Source: Gracilinanus agilis (taxonomy: Eukaryota). From it: DNA of 64,000 bases. Below the pieces are notes generated by a model, which saw nothing but the letters and a program-made list of their open reading frames with translations, ran no database searches and was not told where the DNA came from. Location: contig NC_058133.1 of the NCBI RefSeq assembly GCF_016433145.1, positions 252,432,693 through 252,496,692 on the forward strand, read 5' to 3'. Made by a program: the position numbers and the translations under genes. Shown here piece after piece: positions 1 to 12,300 of this stretch (its first letter is position 1; each line of letters opens with the position of its first letter).

Positions 1-38
1 TGTGGGGGGCGGGGGTGTTGGGCGCGGAGCGTTCCCTC

Positions 39-69
39 GTCACGTGGCGCAAGGCGGGCAGCCATCTTG
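39..69 (+). promoter_or_regulatory. E-box (GTCACGTGG) and YY1-like motif (CAGCCATCTTG) near the presumed GIGYF1 start site
   Basis: CACGTG at 41-46 and GCCATCTTG at 61-69. These are motif matches only; binding is not shown. Confidence 0.55.
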
Positions 70-255
70 CTACAAACACAAACACTGAGGAGCGGCTGCA
101 GCGGGAGCGCCAGCGCGCGCCGCTCCCCCTCCGCCTCCCTCCCCCTCCCCCCCTCGCCGGCCAGTCTGCCGCGCGCCCTAGCCTCGCGCCACCAACGCCC
201 CGGAACCGGAGCCCGAGCCTGGCGCAGTCTGCCCGGGATCGCCCGCCCGCCAGCG
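60..255 (+). other. GIGYF1: GIGYF1 non-coding exon 1 (5' start approximate)
   Basis: Strong donor CAGCG|GTAAG at 255/256 inside the CpG island. No ATG lies in this stretch. Confidence 0.7.
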
Positions 256-749
256 GTAAGGAGCGCGTCCGTCCCACCCATCCCAGCCCCCAAGCCCGGC
301 CGGGGGGCGCCTGGGGCCTACCGGCTGGCGTCCCGACCCCCGGCCCTCCCCCGGCCCCGGCAGTCACCAGAGGGACCGGGAAGGCTGGAGGGGCGGCAGG
401 CCGAGCGAGGCTAGCTCGCTACCCCCCTCCCCGCTAGGGCCAACCCCTCTTCCCCTGAGGGCGGGACTGGGCGGGTCAGGCCCCTCCTGCAGTTCACGCT
501 GGACACCCGGGCGCGCGAGGCACTGGCCGTATCCCGACCGGAGCGGCCTCCGCTGGAGACCCTGCCCCATCCTAGTCCTACCTCTGGCCTTGCGTGGCCA
601 CTAGAGTGGTGGGGAGCCCGATCCCCAGCTTCTCTGGGCCCCTCGGGGAAAGGTTCCCGAATCTAATCTGGGGAGGCTGTGGTGTACTACCTGGGGTCCG
701 TGTACCTCTCTCTCCACTTGGAACACACAACACAGATCCATAACCCCCC

Positions 750-900
750 NNNNNNNNNNNNNNNNNNNNNNNNNNNNNNNNNNNNNNNNNNNNNNNNNNN
801 NNNNNNNNNNNNNNNNNNNNNNNNNNNNNNNNNNNNNNNNNNNNNNNNNNNNNNNNNNNNNNNNNNNNNNNNNNNNNNNNNNNNNNNNNNNNNNNNNNNN
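750..900. other. Assembly gap (N run)
   Basis: 151 consecutive N following a poly-C run. Confidence 1.
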
Positions 901-1620
901 ATATTTCCCTCCCCATTGTACCTGAGGTTCTTCTGTGAAGTATGGGGTTGGACTGGAGTGATCCCAAGTCTAGCTTTTGATATTGTGAATCTTCACTCTT
1001 AACATGTAGTTCTTTCCCCATAAAGCAAATTGAAGCTCTTGTAAACAAAAATTTTTGGGCAAAGATCACTCAAAAATCACAAACCCCACTTTCCTATTCA
1101 TGGGACATGAGATGCTAGATTTAGAGCTTGAAAGGATATTAGAGTTCTCAGAGTGTAATCTCATCCTGAACCTAGATCTCATTGTCTCAACTATGTCCAT
1201 TAGACTGTGATGCCTTTCTGTTGTTTTATTTTGTTTTCTTCCTAAATTTTCTTGTTTGTCAGTGACAAATCGAAGCACCCTCATGAACCCCATTCTTTTC
1301 AAAGCTTCAACCTTTCTGCATAACTCCCAGAAATTCTAGGACTTTGCTTAGATTAATCCACATTTACATAAAGGTCAATAAAACAAGACTAACTATAGAT
1401 TATCTCAGTAAATTGTTTGAATTTCTCTCAAAGGAACCCTTTTCCAACTTACTAATTTAGCCCTCATAAGGAGATCCTAACTTAAAGATCCTTTTAACCT
1501 CATCATCACTTGCACCCTATGTTTACATTCCTATTCATTCATTAGCTTTTTTTTCTGCTAGAGGCATTAGATCCTTTTCATTACCTAGATAAAACAGTAA
1601 TACCTTGTTATAGTATAACT

Positions 1621-1710
1621 GGTTTGAGTTTTAGCTGTGCTACTTTCTATTTGTGTGACCTTAGGCAAGTCACTTAATATCCCTGGGCCTAAATTTTGAC
1701 ATCTGTCCTC
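1621..1710 (+). mobile_element. MIR-like CORE-SINE fragment
   Basis: Core motif tgtgtgaccttaggcaagtcacttaa...ctgggcct. Confidence 0.55.
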
Positions 1711-3559
1711 ATGAGCGGATTGAAAGATTATTTCTAACATTCATAATGATACTATGAACATGTTCATCTACCATTGTTGCCCTTTAACTGAATTTCAACT
1801 AGATCTAATACCTCAGCTTTTGTTTCTCTTTCAGAATAAGTTACCTGTCTATCATTTTGATTTATGAAAGTATGAATTGGTTGAGGAATGTTTGGAGAAC
1901 CTGCTCTGGTAGTATTTGGTTATGTTTAGTCATGTCAAACTGGGGCCTTATTCAACTGAGAATTCAGGGTCTTCAAGATACTTGGTGATTTTAAAGAAAG
2001 TGAGAGTTTAGGTTGTCTCTCCCAGTATTTCAGTTCCAGGAAAAGTATGTGGGAATTGATGGTCTTTGACTCACTAGAGAAACTGCATTCTTGGATTCTG
2101 ATCCTATGACCCTACTTGGACTATACACTAAAATTTTTATGTCCTAGTGAGTTCCTATAAATAATAATATAAAGGTGTAAGTAACTGGGAAGGAGGAAAT
2201 TAAAGGAGAACTGGGGCATTGAACCCCTGCCTGATTAGGAAGCAAAGTGAGAAAAAGCAATCCAACAAGTAAAGTTCCAGAAACTAAAGTATCCCTAGGA
2301 ATTAGAGATAACGAGAAGAGCTATAGTTGATATAAGGTAAACAGAATTCTTTGTTTTAGGGAGCAACAACTTATTTCCTCTCTGTTCCCCCTCCCCCCAA
2401 GGAAAAAAGTATCCCTTAATACAATATTTTGCATACAGAAAACAACTACTAAAATTCATTCAGATCCCATCAACCTGGAGAAATAAGTAGAACTCAAAGA
2501 GATGAAAGGATGTGAAAGCACTTCAGCACTGTGCAAATGTGAACTATCATTTTGATGGCTTCATGAAGTAGAGTTAAGGACCAGGAATGTTTGCCCTCAA
2601 ATAGACCAAGTCCTTTTCTGAGCCTGAGAGAAACTTTTCAGCAGGTTAGGGGAAAGGTCTGGTCTTTTTGAAATAGGGGAAATCTTGAACATCTAAACTG
2701 GAACAGATGCTTTGCGTATTAGAAATCTGAATGAGATTCTTCTGTCATAGTTATATCCTTAGTGATTTTCAAAAGTTGCTGTGGCCAAAAAAAAAATTTT
2801 GCCTTGTGGCCAACATAGTAATGAGCCTCTGCAATTTAGCCAGGATTGCCTTCAGACAATATGTATAGTGTGACAGAGCTTGTGCTCTGCTGGTATAGCT
2901 TTCAGGAACCTGAGGATACCATGGTGTCTATACTGTGATAAGGCATTGACATAAAACTTTGTGAAATGGACACCTAATTCTGTGCTACATCTATCTTTTC
3001 CTTCCTATTTCCTGGTAAGAGCAGTCCTGACAGACCTGAGACCAACTAAGATTGAAAGACTGATTGGTTCATTTATCATTGTCCCATTTCCTTGGTGGTA
3101 TTCCTTCTGTATTTGTAAAGGAGAAAGTTCAACCTGAGGTCTGGGGGTATGTAAGTGTATGGCATTTAAGGAGGGGAAGAAAGCTCAAGGAAAATAGAAA
3201 TTGGAAGAAGGGAAGAATGTGATGTGAAAGAAAGAAGGAAAGCTAGTTGGAATTCTGTATGGTTCTCTTCATATTACCCTGAATCTGACAAAATTTTAGG
3301 CCATTCAGGGTCCCTATTATATAGTTCCCTAATATTCTCCCCTCCTTCCTCCCATCCCCTCCCTTGACTATGTTCATTTCAGTTCATCTCAACAAACATT
3401 TTAAGCAACAATTGTGTGCTAAGATAGAACAGCTAAATTTTAAAAAAATTATTCCTTTCCCAAGGATCCTCCTAGTACAGTCTCTCCATCCAGAGTACAA
3501 TGCTTCTCCCATAGTATAGATGGGAAAACCGAACCATTGTGAATTTAGCATTGGCAACT

Positions 3560-4225
3560 TTTATCCTAGGACTATGTCCTAGGCTTTCTCTCCATAATCT
3601 TTTCATTTCATCAGCTTCCATGGATTTATTTAGGCTTCAGTTATATAGCTGGCTTCAGATTTCCATATCCAGTCATAATCTTGAATCTCCAATCTCACCT
3701 CTCTCCAAGCCTGACACAGCTTCCAATTTGATATTCCTAAAACAGATCTAGGTTATACTCCCTGCACCCCCAATATATTCACACATTAGCTCCCTATACT
3801 AGGATAAAATATAGTACTCAGTCTTTTATTTAAAACTATTTATGATTTTGCCTACTTCTAAACTTTTACGTTCCATATTATTCACCTTTTCATGCTTTCT
3901 ATTCTAGCCAGATTGGTTGCTAGCTATTTTCCAAACTAGATATTCCATCTCCTACCTCAATGCTTTTGCACAAGTGATTCCCCATGTTTGGAATTAAACT
4001 CCTTTTAGGGATTTTACTTTACCCAGTAGAATTCTTACTCCACCCCTTCTCCCCCTTCAAGTTAGTTGCACCTTCTTGAAATTACTTTTATCTATTTGTG
4101 TACATGTTATCTCTACTAGAATATAAGCTTCTCGAAGATAGTTTTATTTTATTCTTTGTATCCATAGTACCTGGCACCTTCCTAGGCATATAGCAGGCAT
4201 TTTTATGTTTACTAAATTAAATGAA
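3560..4225 (+). mobile_element. L2 LINE 3' fragment (degraded)
   Basis: L2-type end: ctagaatataagcttctc...tctttgtatccatagtacctggcac...tagcaggcatt...aaatgaa. Boundaries approximate. Confidence 0.6.
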
Positions 4226-5389
4226 CACATTGAATCAAGAGTTGGCCATGTATGTAGAAGAGACACATAATAACAATATTTTGTTTTTTAGTAGGATGGG
4301 GAATATTTGAGTAAGCTCAATGCCTCCCAGTGAATTAGGATGGTCTACAATGGAACTAACAAAAGTAAAAATAGGATTAAAAAACTATTTAGCTTTTGGG
4401 AATCTTGTCCCTTTCTTTTGTTAGTCCAGAAAGAGACCTGTCCTTTGGTTCTCCCTTTACAAAGTGGGAGCATTCTATGTGTCTTAACAGAGTAGATGAC
4501 TGATTTAAATTACAGCTGCCAGTGTGTTCCTTTCTCCCCAATTCTTGTTTTTCCTAACTCAAATGAATTGCATTTGTTCCTGACAGCCTGGACAGAGGGA
4601 TTAAGAAAGGAAGCAAAGGGCTTCACTCTTACCACTAACCACTGACCCCAGAGCTGGTCTTCATTTCTTTAAGAGGAAAATTCGGCAAAGGTACATTTGC
4701 ATTGGAATAGTTCAATAACATAGGAAATAAAGAAAGCTTTACCTCTTTTCCCTGATGCCTTATTAGAATTCTGAGACTTTTCATAGGTCTTCATAGGGAC
4801 CCTTCCTCACCTCATTTTTGTCTTTTTTTACTCTTTAAAAGATGTGCAGATCTTATACTTTATTTTCTCTTCAGGTATAGAAACCTTCTATTTCTTCTTT
4901 TTTCTCTCCTTTAATTCTTATTTCTACAGGCAAAAGAACCTTCTCCTCAATAAGTACTTCATAACTTTTTTTTTTCTTTCACTGTGAGAAAAAGGGAGGC
5001 TTTGAAGAGAGTAGCTCAAGTGGTCCATACCTATCAGATAACCACATCTTGCCTTTGAATGTACTTCTGAGCTTTTCTATCCCAGTTAACTAAGTTCTTC
5101 CTACTTGATCTTTTTCAGAACTTATAACAAGCAGTTAAGTGTTATGTGCCAGACAATGTACTAAGTACTGGGAATTCAAATATAAACAAACAAAAGACAT
5201 TTTGCTGTATACCTTTCTTTGTCCCTCTTAACATTCTTCCTATTCCTGATCCATTTCTTCAAGTATTTTGTTTATTATAAGAACAGGTTTCTCTTCTAGT
5301 TTCCTTCATACTATATCTATACAACCAACTCTTCTCTGATTATCTTTGTTTTTCCTTCTGATTATTATTCTGATTTAGTTTATCCAGAT

Positions 5390-5600
5390 TAGGAGTCCTT
5401 AACCTGTTTTGTGTCACAGAAACCTTTGCAATCTAGTGAAGCCAAAGACCCCTTCTCAGAATAATATTTTTAATGTATAAAATAAATACATAGGATTACA
5501 AAAGAAACCCGTTATATTGAAATTGTTATTAAAATATTAAAAGCTCCAAGTTCATGGACCCTCTGAAATCTATCCATATACCCCAGATTAATAACCCCTG
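5390..5600 (+). mobile_element. Non-autonomous hAT-Charlie DNA transposon (Charlie4-like)
   Basis: Degenerate TIRs taggagtccttaacct (5390-5405) and agattaataacccctg (5585-5600). Flanking 8-mers ATCCAGAT and GTCTAGAT match at 6/8 and fit the Charlie NTCTAGAN target. Confidence 0.7.
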
Positions 5601-5816
5601 GTCTAGATTCTTTCCCTTCCCCAACTAAGTCTTTCTCAGAGCGGCTTCTGAAGGAATTTTTCATCTTGTCCCTGCCTTCCTCTGTTAGGTTTGCTGGTCA
5701 TTTAGCTGTCTCTAATGGGGGAAGAGGGTGAAAAAATTCAGAGCTTGAGCAGGGGCAAGTAATCTCCTTCTCTTCTCCCCCCCCCCCCCAATCTTTCCTT
5801 AAGGAACTCTTCCCAG

Positions 5817-5953
5817 ATGTGAAGGGGCCCTGGTCACCGTTATACTAAAGACCATATCTGATAACTGGTGACTCTTGGCTCATCCTCTAGCAACAGCCAC
5901 TACCTGAAGAGAGCCACTTCCTTTATTCCCTGTCCTCAGGGACAGATTGCCAG
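5817..5953 (+). other. GIGYF1: Candidate GIGYF1 non-coding exon 2
   Basis: Pyrimidine tract with tcccag| acceptor (5811-5816) and cag|GTAATG donor (5953/5954). Inferred without transcript data. Confidence 0.55.
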
Positions 5954-6074
5954 GTAATGGGATAGGGTGAAAGACCAAAGACCTAGCTGAGCATTCCAGA
6001 GAGATCCCTTTCAGGGGCCAAAGAGCAAAAATGAATCAGATTGATTTCCTTCATCCACTTGTTTCCACCTCTAG

Positions 6075-6132
6075 GTTATCCTTCTATCTCTGGCCATCTT
6101 ATGTTGTGAACAGCTCTGCACAACTGGCCCAG
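6075..6132 (+). other. GIGYF1: Candidate GIGYF1 non-coding exon 3
   Basis: cacctctag| acceptor and cccag|GTATGT donor. Inferred without transcript data. Confidence 0.55.
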
Positions 6133-6363
6133 GTATGTCCTTCTGTAATCCAGGTATTCTTAAAGCAGCCTCAACTTTTGTTCAGACTCTTGTGCCCTTG
6201 ACTAATCTTCTTTCTCTGACTTTTGACTCCATAGTGCTCCATCTTCCTTCCCTATTTCCATTTAAGTGTTTGGATATCAAGTGTCAAGCATCTACTTTCC
6301 TGTCATACTCTCCCCATCTCCTTTCAACTTCTAGCCTTGAGGGGAACTGAAGCAACTTCTGAA

Positions 6364-9300
6364 ATGGCAGCAGAAACTCTCAACTTTGGACCAGAATGGT
6401 GAGTTGGAACCTATTTTAAAAGAGTAGAAGAACCATGAGAAGAGGGGAGGGATTTCTGCGACCTTGTATTGGTTTTCCTCACCCTTCACTAGGCTTCGAG
6501 CACTGTCGAGTGGGAGTAGTGTGATCTCCCCACCTCCTTCTCCTGCCATGCCTAAATATAAGCTGGCTGAGTATCGTTATGGGCGTGAGGAGATGCTGGC
6601 ACTCTATATCAAGGAGAATAAGGTGGGTAGGCTTATTTGGGAAGGGGAGATGAGAAGAGTCTACCCAGAGGGATACTGTTCTGTTCTTTAGTGTGCATAA
6701 CTCATTAGGAAATTATGTGAGGATGTTCAGTGTCTCAATTTTTCCACTTCTGGGACTAGCAGATCCCAGATGAATTGCAGGACAAAGAATTTGCTGCGGT
6801 GTTGCAGGAGGAACCATTGCAACCACTGGCATTGGAGCCTCTGACGGAAGAGGAGCAGGTGGGGCTTTAAGAACTAGATAGTTAGATTTTAGAGAGTAAA
6901 TGAACAAGAAAGTCAGAATCCCAGTTTGGGGGAGGGGGAATGATTTTTGAGGGTAAGGGATATAAGGACGGACTTATAGAAAGCCAGATGCTGGGAAAGC
7001 TGGTTATCCTGGATTCTCATTCCCAACACTGGCTCCTTCCTCAGAGAAACTTCTCCCTGTCAGTGAACAGTGTGGCTGTGCTGAGGCTGATGGGGAAAGG
7101 GGCTGGCCCCCCCCCAGGTGGTATCTCTCGTGGCAGAGGCAGCACAAGGAGCCGAGGTAGTAGGGGATTACTGGAAATTCTTTAGGGTGAGGGAAGTGGG
7201 GTGGTTGATTCTAAGAATTTTAATAGCTGAGTTTGGGTAGGTTCCAACCAATTTATGGTGTCTAGTCTCTATTTTTCCAGGCCGAGGCAGAGGTGATAGC
7301 GGCTTTTACCAAAGAAGCATTGAAGAAGGAGATGGAGCTTTTGGAAGAAGTCCTCGGGAGATCCAACGCAGCCAGAGCTGGGATGATAGGTATGAGTCAG
7401 AAGAAGGGAGGAATGTATGGTTATAGAATTAGTTAGGTAGAGGAGTAAGGTCACTGGAGGACCTGTTATTTTGACACCTATCTTTTTAGACCCTTAATGC
7501 ATTTTTTATCTAGTGCTCTTCTGTTCTTAAACACCCCTCCCACCCCAAACCCAGCTCAGATTCTATTTAAGTCTCAGATATTCCTTTGACCTAGGCCTCT
7601 CTCTTCAGCTCTCTCTGCTTTCTTAGAACAAACTGACTAGGGGTCTATAGAACTTCCTATAGTTTGGGATAATAGGGATTTTCTTAATTTAAATGACATC
7701 TTGCCCACCGTTCTTTTATAGAGGCGAGAGGCGGTTTGAGAAGTCAACAAGGAGAGACGGAGGTACAGATGATGAAAGAGTAAGGTGGGGTTAGGCCAGG
7801 GAAAAAAGGTATTGGGAGCTTACCTTTCAGAAAATCTTTGGGAATTACTGACTAAAGGATAAATGCCTAATTTTCTAAAGTGACATTAATATCAATAGGT
7901 CATCCATACATTCCCTCCTCCCAACCCCAATCTCATTAATAATGTATTTCTCCTACTCCCAGTACGTTCTGGGTTTGAGGAGGGAGGATCAGGACCTAGA
8001 AAGGAACATGCCCGCTCAGACAGCGAGAATTGGCGTTCTCTACGAGAGGACCAAGAAGAGGATGATGAAGGCAGCTGGCGGCTTGGGGCAGGTCCCCGTC
8101 GAGATGGAGATCGATGGCGTTCCACCAGCCCTGGTGAGAGGATGGGGAAAAGGCTTTGGAGTTAAGGAGAAATTCCTGTTCCTATAGAGTCCCAAGGCAA
8201 AAAAGAGGGAGAAAAGAAAATCCTGAGGGGATGAGGAATTGGCTTCATGGACTTCAATGCTTTTTCCCCAGGGTTATTGAGGTCAGAACTATTGAGTTAA
8301 GATACCAATCTTTTCCCTACTTCCTTTTGTTCCTCAGATGGTGGACCCCGATCTGCTGGCTGGAGGGAGCATGGGGAGAGGAGAAGAAAATTTGAATTTG
8401 AATTGCGAGGGGAGCGGGGTGGGGGTGTCGAGGAAGAGGGGCGGGGTGGGGGAGGCTCCCACCCCCGGAGATCTCGTGGTCCTGATGGCTTTGATGATGA
8501 CAAGGATGGACTCCCTGAGTGGTGTTTGGAGGATGAAGATGAGGAAATGGGTACCTTTGACTCATCAGGGGCCTTCTTGCCCCTCAAGGTATCTTAAAAG
8601 AATGATTGGGAAAGTATGGGTTGGGAGGACTGGTAGTAACTTCTACCATGACCAATTCTTCTCATTTGTCACCCTTCCCCCCTCAATTTAAATGGTGCAG
8701 AAGGGTCCCAAGGAGCCAATCCCTGAGGAACAAGAACTAGATTTCCAGGGTCTAGAAGAAGATGAAGAGGAGAAACTGGATGGACACAATGGAGAGGGAA
8801 CTGAGTCAGGTAGGACTGGAGAACAGAATGACCAAGATGGTGAAACATAAAACATTAAGGATTTAGATAATATATTGTGATGGATTTACTGGAAAGGGAA
8901 TAATATCAGACTATCTGATCACTAGTGGGATGGACCCATGTTTCCACTAGTAATGAGTCAATATGATTTGATGGAAATAACACTGGACTTCAATCACTAA
9001 ATAGTTTTGTGGCCTTCGGAAAAGATGAAGACTTCCTCGACCTCATTTTCCTTACCTTTAAATTATTTATATACAGGGACCATGTGTTATGCCTTTTTTT
9101 GTATCTGAGTTTATAGCACTTACATTTTTGAATGAGGAGGTTGCCTTAGAAAGTTTTGTGACTTTTATACCATCTCATGTCATTTTCTTTTAGGCATGAA
9201 GGAGCCAGTCCCACTACCCATCCAGGAGGAGAAAATGCATCCATCATCGCCCCTGCCCACCCTGGATCCTCTCTGGAGACCAGATGGAGAAGGAGATGAG

Positions 9301-12300
9301 GCTGTTGAGAAAGATCTTCCAGGGGTTGAAGGTAGGAGTAGGAGACAGTGATTGTAGGGATTGTTGAGGACTACTCTTGGGGCAGAGTAGTGAGTTGGGC
9401 AGAACTTTTTGCTTTAGTTTCACTAGAGTTGAAGGGGAGTCATGTAGATATATATTGCCCCTCCTTTATTTTCTCCATCCATCTCTCTTAGGAGATGAAA
9501 TTAGGGTGAGTCCTGAGGCTGGCTTACCACCTGGCTCTCCTGGAGACACAGAAGATGATGAGGGCATGAAGCATCTACAGCAGGTGATGAGAAGAGACTG
9601 CTACAAAAACTCTAGTCTTATTTTTGCCCAATTTTAATTTGACATGTCCCTAACTCTTAACTTAATTTTTTCCAACTCTTTGCCCCACATCCTGCTCTGG
9701 CCTCATCCATTAACCCATATTTTTTTCCTCCTTGGTGCCCTAGGAAGCGGAAAAGCTGGTAGCATCACTACAGGATAGCTCTCTAGAGGAGGAACAGTTC
9801 ACAGCTGCCATGCAGGGCCAAGGACTTAGACACTCAGCTGCTGCTGCTGCTCTTCCACTTAGCCATGGGGCTGCCCGGAAATGGTTCTACAAGGACCCAC
9901 AGGGAGAGATCCAAGGTATTTCAGAGGATGAGGGAATTGATAACTTGGTTTAAAAAAGGATGAATGAGAGGTTAGAGGAAGGATTTTTGTGTGTTTTCAG
10001 TTACTCTTGACCCAGTGTATTCTTCCTGGTCTAGGTCCCTTCACAACACAGGAGATGGCAGAATGGTTCCAAGCTGGCTATTTCTCTATGGCATTGCTGG
10101 TGAAACGGGGCTGTGATGAAGGTTTCCAACCACTGGGTGAAGTTATCAAGATGTGGGGGCGTGTGCCCTTTGCCCCAGGACCCTCACCTCCCCCACTACT
10201 GGTGAGCACACTTCATATACTACCCAGAGCACTAGGGCTTATAGCAGAGGGATACCTAATGAATGGTGAGAGGGAAGATCCAGGAAGAATATGTTAGGAG
10301 ATAGGGGAAATACTAGGAATGAGAAGGCTAGGAGTTCCTTGGCAAGAAAGGAAGAATGCTTCCTTCTGAAGTGCTCTCCCATGGTTTCTGGTACTCTCTT
10401 CTTCCTACTACATTGAGCCTTATTGCCTCTATACTTCTATCTCTGTCCATCTTTCAGGGAAACATGGATCAGGAGCGGCTGAAGAAGCAACAGGAGTTAG
10501 CAACAGCTGCACTGTACCAGCAACTGCAGCACCAGCAATTCCTTCAGCTCATAAACAGGTATGAGTCCTGAGGTGGGTGGGCAGAGGTGGGGAGTCCCTT
10601 CCCTCAGCTTTGTGGAACATAGATTTGAAGTCCTGGCACAAGGAGTAGAAATTGACTGTCCTACATACTACTCAGCCGCCAGTTCCCACAGTGTGCACTC
10701 CAGCAAAAGGCAGCTATGGGAGACCTGACGCCTCAGCAGCAGCAACAGCTCACTGTGTTTCTGCAGCAGCTACAGGCTCTCAAACCCAGGTATAACCAGG
10801 ACACAAGCTCCTTCTCCCCTCTGTCCCCAAAATGTGAAAGGAAGGGTCACATTTAGGAATGAGATTAGAGTCCTGAGTCAGACCTATTCCTTCTCAGAGG
10901 TGGGGACCAGAACCTCCTTCCAACGATAAATCGTTCCTTGTCGGTGCCAGACTCAGGCACCCTCTGGGATTTGCATACCTCAGCCTCATCACAGTCAGGT
11001 ATGTATATGACCAGGCAAGATCATCTGAATTCCTTCCTACCATTCTGTAACTCCTCTGTCATTCTGCAACTCTCTCCATCTAAACAGACAAAGGATCTAC
11101 TTATCTATCACAAAGTAGCCTCACTCAAGATTGTACCTGCCTTCCCATTCTGTGTTGGAAAGCTGGGAAGCAGTCGATTTCACTTCACCCAGATTTACAT
11201 CCATCAGAGCTCCACCAGCCACAGACACTTGACCTTTGCCAGATTGCTCTCATGCCATTCCTTTTCTGAGCAAAGGCATACAGGATAAAAGTTCTCTTTC
11301 AAAATCACTGTTTTCCTTTCCCTTGCTTCTTTTCAGGTGGTGAGGCCAGTCTGTGGGACATACCAATTAACTCTTCGACTCAGGGTCCAATTCTAGAACA
11401 ACTCCAGCTGCAACATAAAGTGAGTCTCTTTTAGGATTGAACACAAAGGTAGGATTGGCTCAAGGGCCAAAGGGCAGGGTTCTGTATGCTGTCTTCCTTC
11501 TTAGCTCCAGGAGCGGAGAGATGTGGAACTCAGGGCAAAACGAGAGGAGGAGGAACGGAAACGCCGGGAAGAAAAGCGGAGGCAGCAGCAGGAGGAACAG
11601 AAGCGGAGGCAGGAGGAGGAGGAATTGTACCGGCGCAAGCAGGTAGAGAATGTAAGGGAGCAGCTCCTTCCAAAGACTAAAGAATTAGCAGGCAGGAGTC
11701 TTGGCTTAGAAAAGTACTTTAGGTCCTGTCTGCTCAAAATCCCTGCTTTTGACTAAGTGAAACCTCCTTGGCCTAACACATGCTTCTTCCCAGGTTAGGC
11801 AGCAAGAACTGCTCCTAAAGCTGTTGCAGCAGCAACAGGCAGCACCTCCATCACCAGGCTCCCCTCCTCCACTTTGGGCTGGCCTGGCAAAGCAGGGCCT
11901 CTCCATGAAAACCCTGTTGGAGCTACAGCTGGAGGGTGATCGGCAGTTGCATAAGCAGCCACATCGGGAGCCTCCTCGAGCCCAAGCCCCAGCCCAGCGG
12001 GCGGTAAGCCAGAGCTGGATCTGAGCAATGCCTCCTATACCCCCTTCCTTTGAGGTCCCTTCATCTTCTTTCACTGTCTTTCCCACCCCATTTCATTTAT
12101 ACCATTTAAAAGAGTAATATCTTAGAACCCAAGGGAAAAGTGTCCTGCATATTGCCTTGAGCTTCCTAAAGTGACCTAGAGCTAGATGGGAAGCAGAGTA
12201 CTTCTAGAAGAAGAGGGATATGCATGTCCTCATTTCCCTTTCTTATTCAAAACCTAGTTTAATTTTGAGGATCTTTCATCTTTTGTAAATATGTACTATT

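Larger units (their letters stand above)
1..720. promoter_or_regulatory. GIGYF1: CpG island / GIGYF1 promoter region
   Basis: Very GC- and CpG-rich sequence in an otherwise CpG-depleted window. It overlaps the first (non-coding) exon of GIGYF1 and runs into the N gap. Confidence 0.9.

Noticed and set aside
8589-8700. GIGYF1 intron with donor GTATCTTA resembling U12
   Set aside because: It lacks the essential C at +6 (GTATCC) and has no TCCTTRAC branch site; treated as U2-type.
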